Assembly (NCBI RefSeq): GCF_023055435.1
Contig: NW_025963779.1
Span: 89,590,001-89,654,000 of the forward strand
DNA: 64,000 nucleotides
DNA from: Haliotis rufescens
Lineage: Eukaryota
Reading direction: 5' to 3'
The notes under the pieces are model-generated. The model searched no databases and had not been told where the DNA came from. It worked only from the letters and a program-made list of their open reading frames with translations. Position 1 is the first letter of the stretch, and the number at the start of each line of letters is the position of its first letter. The translations under genes were made by a program, and so were the position numbers. Positions 14,601 through 29,600 of the stretch are shown in pieces.

Positions 14601-17600
14601 GGTCATAAAAACAAGGAAATGAGGCCAATTGAAAATGTCATGTTTTATTTAAGTACTGCATATGCTACATGGGAGCTAGTTTGCTTGTTATCTGCAGTAA
14701 ACAGAAACAGTATGCCACTGTTTGCTGATAACGGGTTTATATGCCCTGGTATCTGAACTGTGTGCTCTCAAATATCATTCTCAGCTCCTCGGGAGTATAC
14801 AAAATAAGCAGCTGTATAAGGTGTTAGAAAGCTCCCAGTCCCACTACCATCTCATCCCAACCCATTCACTGCTGAGTGAGAAAGGCTTATTTCAAACGAA
14901 GTCACTTGCCTACGGAGATACAACATGTATCATGTGCTTCAGTGTGGGCAGGACCGAAGTCCAAGAAACTTTCAGGACTCAAGCATTTGAACACAGTCAC
15001 CATCCTCCTACTCTCTCCTGTGTGCAGTACATCATACCACATGCAGTGTATGCAATCGGGTCTGGGCCTCGCTCCACAAAGCAATCTTAGCGCCATGAAT
15101 GTGGTTTGTCACGCTTGTCTTTGCTAAAGTATGGGAGTTACGATCGACCTAGCGTTAAGATTGCTTTGAGGAACAGGGCCCCGGACTTGATGTGACGCTG
15201 AGCATGACTCATTTCTTTCTTCCCTTTCCCTAGGCTGCCATGAAGTAGGCAGTGTTTTTTTCACCTGCAGTCTAGAAAGGAAAGGCTGGGTGTTTTCATC
15301 TTAAAGCCTTCCTGAGACTAATGAGTTGTAGCTCTGTGAGGGGGACCCACTCACCTTCCAGGTACAGGAACTTGCTGTACTCCTTCACCAGGGCGTGGTC
15401 GTTCTTGAAGAAGGATGTGCTGCTGTCTCCATCAACTGGATCCACCCATATCGTGCCACCATCACTCACAAAGTACAGCTCATTAAACAATGCCGACTTG
15501 TACCAGGCTGGAAGGTTTCTGGCAAAAGATTAGGGATAATTACAAACCTTATGGAGAGTATCTCCTCTACACATACAGGCTACCTGTTGGAGAGTATCTC
15601 CTCTACACATACAGGCTACCTGTTGGAGAGTATCTCCTCTACACATACAAGCTACCTGTTGGAGAGTATCTCCTCTACACATACAGGCTACCTGTTGGAG
15701 AGTATCTCCTCTACACATACAGGCTACCTGTTGGAGAGTATCTCCTCTACACATACAAGCTACCTGTTGGAGAGTATCTCCTCTACACATACAGGCTACC
15801 TGTTGGAGAGTATCTCCTCTACACATACGCTACCTGTTGGAGAGTATCTCCTCTACACATACAGGCTACCTGTTGGAGAGTATCTCCTCTACACATACAG
15901 GCTACCTGTTGGAGAGTATCTCCTCTACACATACAGGCTACCTGTTGGAGAGTATCTCCTCTACACGTACAGGCTACCTGTTGGAGAGTATCTCCTCTAC
16001 ACATACAGGCTACCTGTTGGAGAGTATCTCCTCTGTGTGTTACCTGTTGGAGAGTATCTCCTCTACACATACAGGCTACCTGTTGGAGAGTATCTCCTCT
16101 ACACATACGCTACCTGTTGGAGAGTATCTCCTCTACACATACAGGCTACCTGTTGGAGAGTATCTCCTCTCCACATACAAGCTACCTGCTTGAGAGTATC
16201 TCCCTTATGTATTACCTGTTGGAGAGTATCTCCTCTACACATACAGGCTACCTGTTGGAGAGTATCTCCTTTATGTATTACCTGTTGGAGAGTATCTCCT
16301 CTACACATACAGGCTACCTGTTGGAGAGTATCTCCTTTATGTATTACCTGTTGGAGAGTATCTCCTCTACACCTACAGGCTACCTGTTGCAGAGCATCTC
16401 CTCTACACATACGCTACCTGTTGGAGAGTATCTCCTCTACACATACAGGCTACCTGTTGGAGAGTATCTCCTCTCCACATACAAGCTACCTGCTTGAGAG
16501 TATCTCCCTTATGTATTACCTGTTGGAGAGTATCTCCTCTACACATACAGGCTACCTGTTGGAGAGTATCTCCTTTATGTATTACCTGTTGGAGAGTATC
16601 TCCTCTACACATACAGGCTACCTGTTGGAGAGTATCTCCTTTATGTATTACCTGTTGGAGAGTATCTCCTCTACACCTACAGGCTACCTGTTGCAGAGTA
16701 TCTCCTTTATGTATTACCTGTTGGAGAGTATTGGGTTTTGCCACTCTTCAATCTTGCTCTCCCAGGCCTGGTACTGGCCTATTGCATGACTGCTGATCCG
16801 CTGGGCTCCGGTGCCATCAGTCCCGAACCAGCGGGCATAACGTCTGCAATACAAGGTTGTAGTGAATGTATGCTTGCCAAATGTCATATAGCATGAGTAT
16901 GTTTATGGGACCCAATACATAGAGAGAAAGAGATACTGTTTCCTGACTTAATGCAGATTGATGTACTTCTGAGTGAGTGAGTATGCCAGACTGAAATCTG
17001 CCTTAACCTTCCCACTTACCTTTGGTATTTCTGTCCCCTAGAGCTAAAGTGGATGACGTCATATCTCAGACCAGACTGAACCCTGCTGTGATGTTTTTGT
17101 CCCCTAGAGCTAAAGTGCATGATGAGCATATGCCAGACCAGAGTGAACCCTGCTTTAACCTTCCCACTTACCTATGGTATTTCTGTCCCCTAGAGCTAAA
17201 GTGTATGACTGGCATATCCCAGACCAGACTGAACTCCGCCGTGGCCGACTTGCCGGCTGCCACATGACACTGCACACACACAGCAGCCGCGATCTCCTTT
17301 CCCTTCAATGTCTTTTCACTGCTTTCTGCAAAGAAAAACCAGCAAAAATATTACATTGCACATCTGATATTAAATGAACATTCAAATATCATGTAGAACA
17401 AATAAAGCCCACAAACAACACAGTATAACAGTACCTGTTGAAGATGTCAGTTGTCCATCTTCTTTGAGGTCTAACCAAACCTCGCTTCCTGTCCCTTGAG
17501 GGTCAAAGTTCACCAGATGACTCACAGACACCCCCTCCTGACAGACAAAAACACATTGTCAACATGAAAGCAGATTATGTGACTTTAGCTGTCATTACAA

Positions 17601-20600
17601 CTATCAAGGCTATAGAATAATTGACAACACAGATCAAATTGGGGCAAGTGAAAGAGTAGATGAGAATCAGTCTGCCCAATAACGCCATGCTGTGAAGAAA
17701 GAAGCTGTCCGGAGTCAATCCCTAGTGCTTCAGAAAATGACATATCTTTTTCATTTTTCAATGTCAATAAACATTATTCTTTTTCAGATATGGGTACAAC
17801 TTTGCAGAACAAAGTGTGCCAACTAACACCAGTTGGCTGCCAGAACACTAACTTTAGGCCTCAAACTAGCTCCATACTCATACTGACAGATCTTTAAAGT
17901 TCATTAATTAATCCAGATTTTGAAGGGAATAAGTTCTAGCTCCATACAGTGAGTCTCCCTCTCTGCAGTCCAAGCTACTGACCCTTTGTGCTGCCGAGAG
18001 TGCGTATGTACAGTCCATATCCCTGAAGGTCTGGTGGATGAGGACTCCGCTGACGTCGCCCCCCTCGCTGTCACACTTAAAGGGCTCGTTCCAGCAGCCT
18101 CCTTCCTTATCCTCCTTCACACCACGGCCATTTTTAAATGAGAACATGATGCTGATGTCAAGGTCATCGGTGCTGTTGTTCTCGATGGTCCACACAAACA
18201 CTGCTGCTGGTAGTGAACTCTCCTGATGAAGAGAAATAATGATTGACATCAATTAATCAAATGCAGTTTATAACATTAACAAAAGATAAGTTGTTGGATG
18301 ATTTGGAAATATCATCCGCATTATCTATTGTTCATTTTTTAACAATTATTTTTGGTTAGGAGATAAACATGATAAAAATATCATTTTTACACTCCTTTCT
18401 ATTCTTATAAAGCATGTGCAAGTTCAGGGTTTGAAGTTGATGTAAGTCCGTTAATCCAAGACAAGTTAAATGCAGGCATTAGTGACACTGCCTTGTGGAC
18501 TACCACTTTCATCATTAGGTATATGGCAACTCTACATCAGTTTTTGGACATGTAAAAATAGAAGTTTAATTCTAACCTGCAATTCATAACGATTTCCTGT
18601 TTAGGCATGTCCTCAGGGAGTCCCTGACTTACCTTATACTCATGTGGGTAGACGGGCGAGACCTGTCGACACACCAACTTGACATTGAACTCAGGGATGC
18701 TGTACACTGTCCATGCTCGGGGGTAGAGGGCGTGATAGGTGGCGTTAGCACCCGGGAAGTTCCAGTCCCAGGACTTGAGATGTTTCCCCGTCTTCTTGTA
18801 GGACGCGAGCACCTGCTGCAGCACTGTCACGCCATTCTTGCGGATGCACACAGTGAACTGGGGACAGTCACAACTCATGTGAAACAGGTGCTCCATAATC
18901 TGTGCCCAATTCTGTTACTAGGTCTACATGTTGTAATGGACAACTTGAGTCAAACAGACATTAGCGATGTGTCATTGGCAACTTGGGTCAAACAGACATT
19001 AGCGATGTGTCATTGACAACTTTGATCAAACAGACATTATCAATGTGTCATTGACAGCTTTCGTCAAACAGACATTATCGATGCGTCATTGAAACTTAGG
19101 TCAAACAGACATTAGCAATGTGTCATTGGTAATTTGGGTCAAACAGACATTAGCGATGTGTTATTGGCAACTTGGGTCGAACAGACATTAGCGATGTGTC
19201 ATTGGTAATTTGGGTCAAACGGACATTAGCGATATGTCATTGACAACTTGGGTCAAACGGACATTATCAATGTGTCATTGCAACTTGGGTCAAACAGACA
19301 TTAGCGATGAGTCATTGGTAATTTGGGTCAAACAGACATTAGCGATGTGTCATTGACAACTTTGGTCAAACAGACATTATCGATGTGTCATTGACAACTT
19401 TGGTCAAACAGACGTTGTTGATGTGTCATTGGCAACTTGGGTCAAACAGACATTATCGCTGTGTCATTGGCAACTTGTGCCAAACAGACATTATCGCTGT
19501 GTCATTGGCAACTTTGGTTAAATGGACATTACCGATGTTTCATTGGCAACTTGCGTCAAACAGAAATTGTCGCTTTGCAAATGGCATCTTGTTTCAGACA
19601 TTATGGCTGTCATTGGCAGAACAACGATTTAAAGATTTTCTCTCCCATGTAAATAAATGGTGTACATCCAGAGCCCTGCAGCTTGCAATGGACTTACCAT
19701 ATCAATCAACAAAGGAGAGAGAATCTGCCGTGGCAAGAGTGAGTGAGTTGTCTTTACTATGTAAGATTTAATCAAGTTAGTTAATTTGGTCAGAATGCTA
19801 AATATGATCAGCCAAAACAGTTTGTTTGTTTGTTGTTTAACACTGCACTCAGCAAATATTCCAAGAATATGACAGTGGTCTGTAAATTATCTAGACCTGA
19901 CAATCCAGTGATTGACATCATGAGCATCGATCTACGCATTGGGATACAATGATATGCATCAACCAAGTCAGCAAGCCTAACCACCCAATCCCTCTTGTCG
20001 CCTCTTACAACATGCATAGTCGCCTTTTACGGGCTTATTCTAACCCGGATCTTCATGGGTCACCAAATCAGTACCCTGTAGAGGTTCAAGCACTGAAAGT
20101 GAAGCCACTGTATGCCAATGACAACTGCTGCCTTATGCTGTCAACACTGTGTCACCATGTTACTGTACAGGTCCAGATGGGGGACGGAGGGTGTGCAAAT
20201 CCCTTTTTTACTTATCATCATTGCAAAACATATAGGAGTGCATGCTGCTGCAATCTGATTGGTTGAAAAATGTGATTAAATGTGATTTGATGCCCGAACA
20301 TTTCCTGGACTATTCACCACACGTAAATATATTTCTTGATAAGTATTTTCTTTCTTCCCAAAGCCAAAATTTGAAAAACATGCCATTTGATGTGGCGCAG
20401 TAGATACCACTCTAACTGAATATAAACATTTCATCATCATGTATCAGAACAACTTGGATTTAGCGGATTGTCACACATTCTGCTATCCAGGCGAGTTAAG
20501 TTATAACGGAAGCATTTGTATCATGATGCCATAAAATTCCAGGGAGACTTTGTAGCATTCCAGAGTGATGTCATTTCTGTCTCACAACTGGGAGAGTTCA

Positions 20601-23600
20601 TTTAGAGAGTTATTACTCAGACAATGACTGATACCATGTGACCCCATGTGACCCCATGCCACACACCCGCCACAGCCACCCAAGTCAATTAGCTTCTTGT
20701 ACATATCCAAAAGCAAACCTTGGTTGTTCCTCAAGACATGGTACAAGGGGGGTCGGGGCATCCACACCCCAGAGGAGAATTATCCTCAGTGACTGATACA
20801 GTATGCTGTTTTTAACAAACCATACATAACAAACTGACGGAGATAATGAACTGGGTTTTTTTGGTTCCCATCAAATTGCTGTATATTTGCTGTATATATA
20901 CTTACAACGAACAACTGTTATTACCAACTGAAACTAGTGGTCCCTTTGGCAAAGTACACTCGTATAGGTGCAAAGCAAATGCCCTAAAAGGCAGGTGGAT
21001 GACTTTGCCAAGTCAGAGTGAGTGAGTGAGTTAATGCTTTACGTCACATCGGCAATATTTCAGCCATATCGTGACGAGTTGCCAAGTCAGAAAATAGCCT
21101 ACCCTGAGTGGACAGGATCCGGAGATTGGTCATGACTCTCTCCCATGCCGAGGCGAACAGAGAGACCACAGTCGACATTGTCCATATATAGTCATCAGAA
21201 TTACACATAAACCAAGCATTCATTGCCAAGTAAAGCAAGGCAAAAAGTGAGCAGGGCTCACTAATACCTCGACTCCAAGAATTGGCTGGAGAACAATGTT
21301 AGAGCTGGTTTCTCTCAATAAGCACAACAAAGTACCAAAGTAAGGGCATAATACAAAGACGCATCGATGCATCATCGGTAAGATTTGCCAGATACGGTAC
21401 ACTTGACTTGACATTGATTGATATTTTGACTTGACTTGACATTGATTGATATTTTGACCCAAGATCGATTGTCATTTCGAAGAATGTGCATTTATTTATA
21501 TATGTCTTTGTACCTTTGTGACCTCATAGTTTTACCATGATGTCACAGACAGCAGCAAACTTTGCACTGCACCTCTCCTACTGATAAAGAAACTATACCC
21601 CTAATTGAAAAAGAATCCATTAAGTTGTTCTCAAGTTAAAGGTCGCACAAACGTTGAAGTAAAAAAATATTCTAAGTCAAAAAACATGAAAAAAATCATA
21701 TTTAAAAAAAGAATTCACATATCCAAATCAAACTTTGCACTGCACCTCTTCTATTCCTGAAAACTGTTCCCTAAATTTGAAAAGAATCCATGCAGTAGTT
21801 TCGAGTAAAATGTCGCACAAATGTTTAAGTAAAATAATTCTTAGTGAAAAAATGAAAAACAGCTGTACACTTTTCAGAAATCCAAAAATGTATATCAAAC
21901 TTCGTAATGCACCTCTCCTAATGCTATTGGTACAGAAAGTGTTCACCAATTTGAAAAGAATCTTTGCAGTGGTTTTCAAATTACAGGTCGCACAAAAAAA
22001 AATGTCCTCGGAAGGACGGAAAAGGATGAACTGACAAAACTCCTTGGTATAACTATATCCTGCCCTTTTAGGTAGGGGGTATAAAAATGCACCCTTCCTT
22101 TTAAAAAATACTGTATCTGTACTGTCTGAGATGAGACATTTTGATGTAACCAATGTCCATGGCAACAACTGCTTTAAATACTACACTATACATGTACATT
22201 CAAACAAAAAGTGTAAAACCAAGGAAGCAAATCCATGTTCCATAATACCCTCCTCAGTTCCCAGTGGCCTTGCTAGAGCTAATTGTTGTAGCAATATCAA
22301 CATTATCTTGGAAATATCATGAGGATGCTTTCAAGCAGATATTGTATTATCTTCCTATTGCTCATGCTAATGTAAGGCAATCAATACTAGTGGTGTATTG
22401 CACTCACTCACACATACAAACGTAACTCTTCGGAGCATGATTTGTTTGTTTGTTGTTTAACGCCGCACTCAGATATGATGGCAGTCTGTAAATAATCAAG
22501 TCTGGTTCATACAATCCAGTGATTGATATCTTGGGCATCGATCTATGAAATTGGGAAACGTTGGCATGCACCAACCAAGTCAGCAAGCCTGAACACCCGA
22601 TCCCGTTAGTCGCCTCTTTCAGAAAGCAGGGGTTGCTGACGACCTATTCTACCCCGGCGTCACGGGTGAGGAGAGATCAATAGGAAGAATGGCAGTTACC
22701 TCTGCTCCACTCTGATTAGCTGTCAACTACACCAAGTCATTACCCCAAATCAAATTATTTTTTTCATTTTTAAACCAAACAGTTTTACTTTTGAGGTTTC
22801 TGTATAGGATAATGTTTTTGTTTTATTTTATTTCTTTTTGGTACAGGAGAAAATGGTAATATCTGACAAGACTAACATCTCCTGCTGATGATGCAAGAGT
22901 GACATACCTGATCAGCATCAACTACATTGTAGTCATAGAGACCAGGAACCATGTGGAAGCGACAGAACTCCCCTCTGTATCCCCGACCAATGGAACCGCC
23001 TCCAATCCCACCGATAGGGCACCCTAGGAGAAACAGTTAAGAAATAGATCAATAACAGTCATAAACAGGTTTAACCTCAAACTACTATCAAACATGACAT
23101 GTATCATGATGTACAGTGTGAATATTTCTTTTAAAAAGGTATCATGATGTGTTAAATATGCAAATGAGGTCAATAAGCAGAAACAACCCAATGCTAAGCG
23201 GCAAACATCACTGCACTGTCTCAATAAATTACTGACTGACGTTCCCAGTAAGTTTAGATAAGGATTACCATATGATTCTGTAGACAATTTTGTTAGTAAA
23301 TCATTTGGCACTATACAACAAACATGAAATACTCATGTCCCCTGCCAAAATGACATGTCTGGCTGTGTGCAAGGCATTAGCCCTCCGGATACGAGCACTA
23401 CTGCCATTTTCAAAAGTCAAAGTCGTTGCTATAGAAACTTGAAAAATATTTTTTTCAAAAATCCCAATCTACCAATAGGCACCAATTTACCACTAGACCT
23501 ATCTATGTGCCAAGTTTGGTTAAGATATCTCTCATGGTTTTTGAGTTCTGCTCTAAAAACGAAACATGACAGATGGACAGACAGCACCCATTCCTATATC

Positions 23601-26600
23601 CCCCGATTAGAGTAAAAATATGTCACAAACATCAATTATTTTAAGAATGACATTATATGATATTGATAAAGCAAATATTACCCTAGTGCATTTCTGTATT
23701 GAAATTATCATATATTAGCAGAGCTCCAGATAACTTTTTGAGCAATTGAGTTTTTACTCGAAGGTTCTATTTGTATTGGTTTATTACACTTTCATTGGGG
23801 AACCAATATTCTTTCACTCATCTATTCATCACTCTTTTAGGGTTTTCCCAAAATGTGTTAACATTTTGAGAATTTAAAAAAAAGAGGAAATGTTTTAGAT
23901 ATATATAACGGTTCTAAATATAGGCTTGACTTGGAAAGTAAATTAGCTCATAATGTGTGTTATAGACATTAGCTCCGTTGTACGCTTGCTGAAAAAGCTT
24001 CATTGGGTAAGTTTACTTACGCATGCCTTTTTTATACATTTGAGTTTTTCATTTAATACATACGTTTCTGTAAGCAAGTAATTGAAAGTAATTGGGTTTT
24101 GAATATTTTGGGGAGGTATTTTACGCAAAATCGCAGCTTATCTGTAGCTCTGTATTAGGAATACTTGGCTAATAATCTCTATTTCATTTCTAAACTTTCT
24201 AATAGCCAGAGATTTGGGGATTAGTAAAATAAAACAGAAGACCAATTCAGGGTTTAAGGCGATGCAGAAATGTGCGTCCAAAACAATACATGTATTGCAT
24301 CCTGATGGACGCACAATATTCATTGTACCAAATTCTTGACAAGAATGATCAAGTTGATGTAATTAAAGTTATTACTGATTAATACAGTACAGTACACCAC
24401 ACCATTACAACAGCTTACAGGACCTTCACAGTACCTAGAAGGACCCTTGGAATTAGTAATTGGTGTCTTCTTGACCCCAAGTTTTGAAGGTCAAGGTAAA
24501 ACTCTTCCCATTAGCATGATTAGCCTACTTCACATATGACTATTTGTAGGATGGAGCCTGGACTTCTAAATGTTCACATAAATACCTTAAAATTATTATT
24601 GAACTCCATCAACAGCCCCAATATATTTTACAAGAGTATTTCCTGGTCACAGCAAAAAATTGATTTTCCTATTTTGTTTCAGCTTAGTCTTGTCAAGTTT
24701 CATGTTACCATGTTTACCAATAGACAAGGCACCATTGATGTCTCATGATATGTGTGTCATGTTCAATCATGAATATGACACTCACTTATTCCTTAACACT
24801 TGTCATGGTTGATGGCCCCCAAAACACAGTTTCTCTGACAGTCTCATAAATTAGGCTGAAAGTACTCAAAAGCACACACAATATCTAGAATCAATCATGC
24901 TTTATTTAGAACTGATAATTGATGATCAATGCTCCTTGGGATCGGTCGGGAAGAATTAATTAACTCTGCCAGTATAGATCCTTCCCCAGTCCAATACTAA
25001 AACACACCTCTACATCAATAGATGCAACTGTATTCTGTGGTTGGTCATACATTATACATGACAAGCAAACTTTGTGAACTCTGAACTTGCCATTACCCAC
25101 CAGTAATGGACTCAAAAGGAGGTTCTTACATGACAACAGCAGAAATCACTTTTATAACAGCCTCCATCTCCATTGTGCATCACAATATCGAGATATGAAC
25201 CCCTCGAACTGATACTATACTCCATTCTCTCGTCACATGCAGCAAGCATGTTTAACACAGATTACGTCATTGTTGTGACACGGTAAATCATCTGTTCATA
25301 ACTCCCACTAAAGGGCCATGTCAACGGTCACAAAATTACACGATAACAATAAAGAAAATATTTTTTTCAGACATGAAATATTACAAAACTGGTATTTCCA
25401 GTTAGGTCAATGATTATTATTAGATAACAAACTTTTGTCGTGTGATTGTGTACTTAATGGAAAATAATTGTGAAAATCCAGGTGTCAAAATGATGGTTGA
25501 CTGACTATAGTGCCGGTTACCTCCCCAGAATATTCATATCAGTAACCCAGCAACTCACCACAAAACATCAGCTCCATCAAAGCCCAACTTAACCCTCACC
25601 CCCTCACCACGCTAGTGCTGGTTACCTCCCCTGAATATTTAGTGACGGCAACTCACCGTAAATGGGCTTGTGACTGATGGGGTTGAGGTGATCAATGAAG
25701 ATCTTACGTCCCTGTCTCTTCTTGCTGATCCAGTATGTCATGTATCTGGTGAAGGAAAAAGTAAAAACATAACAATTTAAGATTGACATGATCTATTCAT
25801 GATCACAGATCATGTTCATGTTGCACACAACAAATATACATGGCTTGTCACGCTCAATGGTATTCAATCATTTGCCGTTTTCAAATTTACCGGTAGCAAA
25901 TATGTTGCCTGGCAACCATACTTTGATTTATTCAAATGGGTAAACCGATATCTGTATTAGGCTTCGTGCTCCTTTAAGTGCCCCCCGACCAACTACTGGT
26001 ATTAGACCAATCTGTAAGTAATCTTCAAAAGCGCCCCCCAAAGTGTACATAACAGTCCATAATTTCTTGTGTTATTATTACTACAGATTTTGTAGAGAAA
26101 CTAGCAGTGTAGAAGGGGTTAATGATTGCCTTGCATCTATTATCGAAAATGCGTCAGACTGATTGACATTTGAACTAATTGTCTTCCCTGCCGCCTGATC
26201 TCAACAAAGTTAACACATGTATGGTTGTACTAAGTGCTATCCTTTGAAAATTGCCTAATTGTCAAGGGCACTTATCCTGTTTATTGCATTTTCAAAATCA
26301 CGCAAATTTTCATCATGTTGGCAATGTGTACATAAACATGATAAATGACAAGTCGAAATGAAATTATGAAATTCAAAAGTTAGCAACTTAATTCCTGTGA
26401 TTGAAAAGTGAGAGAGAGTAAGTATGGTTTTAAGCCACTTTTAGCAATATTCCACCAATATCATGGCATGGGACACCAGAAATGAGCTTCATACAGTGTA
26501 CCCATGTGGGGAATTGAACCCGTGTCTTCGGCATGACTAGCGAAAGCTTTTACCACTAGGTTACCCCACCGCCTCTTTGATCGAAAAAGTGAAACTATTC

Positions 26601-29600
26601 GCTGTATATTCCTGTACATAATTATTACACATGTTTTGTGACCATAGCAATACCCAACAAAATGTTGGATGAAAAAATTTGCTGGGGAAATTCAATGTTC
26701 ATGATGTATGGGTCTTTTCTTATTCAGGTTCACCACAAATTACAGTTGAAAGAACACACACGACATATTGTGGTACATATTGCAATACATGAATCATTAT
26801 TGCAAGAAGAATGTCTGGCCAAAACCCATCACTACTGTCAAGTAATGTAGTTAGAGAATTGTATTACAAATAATGGCATTGAATATCGTCAAATGATGAT
26901 TCAATTTCAGTTTTTAACAGATTGTATTACAGCTCAGTCTGGTGATGTACTGAATAATGGTCGACAGATGTTATTATCAACCTCATCTATTTTGGAATTG
27001 TGATGGAGTGCTATGCATCGGTGCCTAAAACATGGCATATGGGACACTTCTTAATATTTGCATTTGTAAAGTCTGTGTTAATATTGCCAAAATTGTAGAG
27101 GCCCTGGAGATTTTCCTTGAGTTATTCTATAGTAATTGAATCTAGGGGCCCTAATCATTAACTTTTAATATTAGGTTATGTCAAGGACCTCTTGCTATGC
27201 TTGCTTGACTTGACACTGATTATACTGTTTATTATCCCCTGCCACGAAGTGGAAGGGGGATATAGGAATGGGGGCTGTCCGTCCGCCACGTTTTTTTCCG
27301 GAGCAGAACTAAAAAAACATGAGAGATATCTTAACCAAGCTTGGCACATAGATAGGTCTAGTGGTGGACTGGTGCCTTTTGATAATTGGGGATTTTTGAA
27401 ACATTTATAGTTGCCGTAGCAACGAATTTGACTTAGACTGAAAATGGCGGTATTTGTGGGGGATATGAGTATTTTATGCTTGTTGAACTTTTTGAGATGT
27501 TGTGTGATTTGAGATACAGACACAAACATGAAACCAATATTTTCCAATTCTCTTTTCTCAACGTTATCCACACAACTGACCACAATTTCATATGTCCTGT
27601 GATAATACATATACTAAACATGCTATAAATCTATCCAAAACTGGAATTCACAATTGGTGGGCTAAGAAATGTGAAAACATTACAACTGAGATTTTGACAT
27701 AAAAACACCTATAATACAGTATTTTATTGTGGGAATGTGAATCACAATATTTGAGATATATGCAGAAAGTTAATGATACCTATTTCATGCATATACCATC
27801 TGTATACCATGTACAAAGAAAACTCATGACAGGGCATGACATCAGAGTTTGAGGAGGGACCCTACAATCGTTTTTCTTTATGAAATTGCAAAACTTGAAA
27901 GTATGTGAAAACAAATTGGAGATTTAGAATTCTAAATATTTTCAGATCTGTCTGAAAAGACAATCATGTAATTCTGATCATTGTGTTCGCTGTTCACATG
28001 TCATATTAGTATGATTAGTAATATGACCACTGATGTCTGACAGTAATGAATCAACAATTCAACAGTATCCCATCCTATCTCAGCAACTGCAGCCACATCC
28101 CTACACTGCAGGCTAGCAATAAAGGAAACGAACACAATGTCCTTAATTAACTATTTAACAAGAAGCGGTTAATTCTGAGACCAACTGTAATCAATAGAGT
28201 CAGTAATCCCAAGGGAGACAACCAATGTGGTTTAACCACAGAACACCACTCCTTTGCTGCAGTGAATTATGACTGAATACCTGTTGAGGCAACAGTAAAC
28301 ATGTTGATGTCGGCCCCCACCTCCAGCCTATTACAGATTGACTGTAGTCATGGTAGTGACAGGGGACTTGGTAATAAATTTTGGGCAATCTCATTAAAAT
28401 CAGATCTATACTTTTCACTCTGACAACATATATCTCTTCGTGAACAACGGATGATCCATGGGAGGTCGTGCCTGGTGGACCCTAAATGAACTTTGACCCT
28501 CCAATCTTAATGAGGCATGCGTGGGTCAGAATGAGATGTCAGTTTTCAAAATCAATATCGCTTAGTTTGTTTACTCAGAAATGACAGGTTGTATAAAGAT
28601 CCACAACAATGGCGAGAACCTACTTATTACCATGATAACATTTGGAATTGGTCATTATATGTTTCTTTTCGAGATGCAGAAATCAGACATGCAAGTCTGA
28701 ATGCTTCGTTCACTGTCGACAACCCAGGGTCATGATCATGATGATCAAAAAGTAAACCTTTATATGTCACATAACCATGGTAATTAGAAAGCTGTTTGCA
28801 TTACATGCAAGGTAATAGCAGCCACAAACCCATCTAGCCCTGAATACCCCAATATATTTCCCCCAGAAACACGTTCATGAACCATTCCGTCTTCACATAC
28901 TCAGGACCAGCACCATTAACCATCTCTCAAGATATTCGATCAATGTGACTTATGTCATCTAATGCAACACAACACAGTTCCATGCCTCTATGCAAGCACT
29001 TCCAGTTTAAGGACATCACTTTCACATTTATAAAAAAAACTCAACCCCCCTCTGCTACCAATTTCTCCTTGTATTTGGTAGAATTAAAACAAATGGCTAT
29101 GTCAATCTGAAATTGACTAGTTAAAAAGTATCTAACTAGAATGTGAGTGAGTATGAGTTTACACCGCTTTTAGCAACATTCCAGCAATATCACAGCGGGG
29201 GGACAACAGAAATGGGCTTCACACATTATACCCATGTTGGGAATCGAACCCGGATCTTCAGAGTGATGAGCGAACGCTTTAACCATTGGGCTACCCGACC
29301 GCCCATCCTAACAAGAACGGCTTGCTAGTGCTAATAAAAACATTATTTTTCCCACGTCTATAGCTACCTTAATCATGTTTATAACAAAGTACCAACCACT
29401 TCCAGTTTAATGACATCACTTCATGTTTGTGAAAAAAACAGATAGCCCTATGCATCTAGCTGCCTTGATAACAAATTCATAACCACTTTGGATTTGGGAA
29501 AACAGGGCCAAATCAAGACATGTTTGAAGCACATGCCTCTTGTTACCCTTAATTATGATAATATCAAATACAACATTAGCTATTTGCCCCCATACATTCT

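Noticed and set aside
15395-16796. Long ORFs (464 aa, 335 aa) and minus-strand RGD-repeat peptides ([12 protein letters not shown])n
   Set aside because: Translations of the 36-bp intronic array. Splicing a unit in at the exon-8 phase gives an immediate TAG.
2757-19620. CRISPR-like regular repeats
   Set aside because: Units are head-to-tail with no unique spacers, there are no cas genes, and the context is eukaryotic introns.
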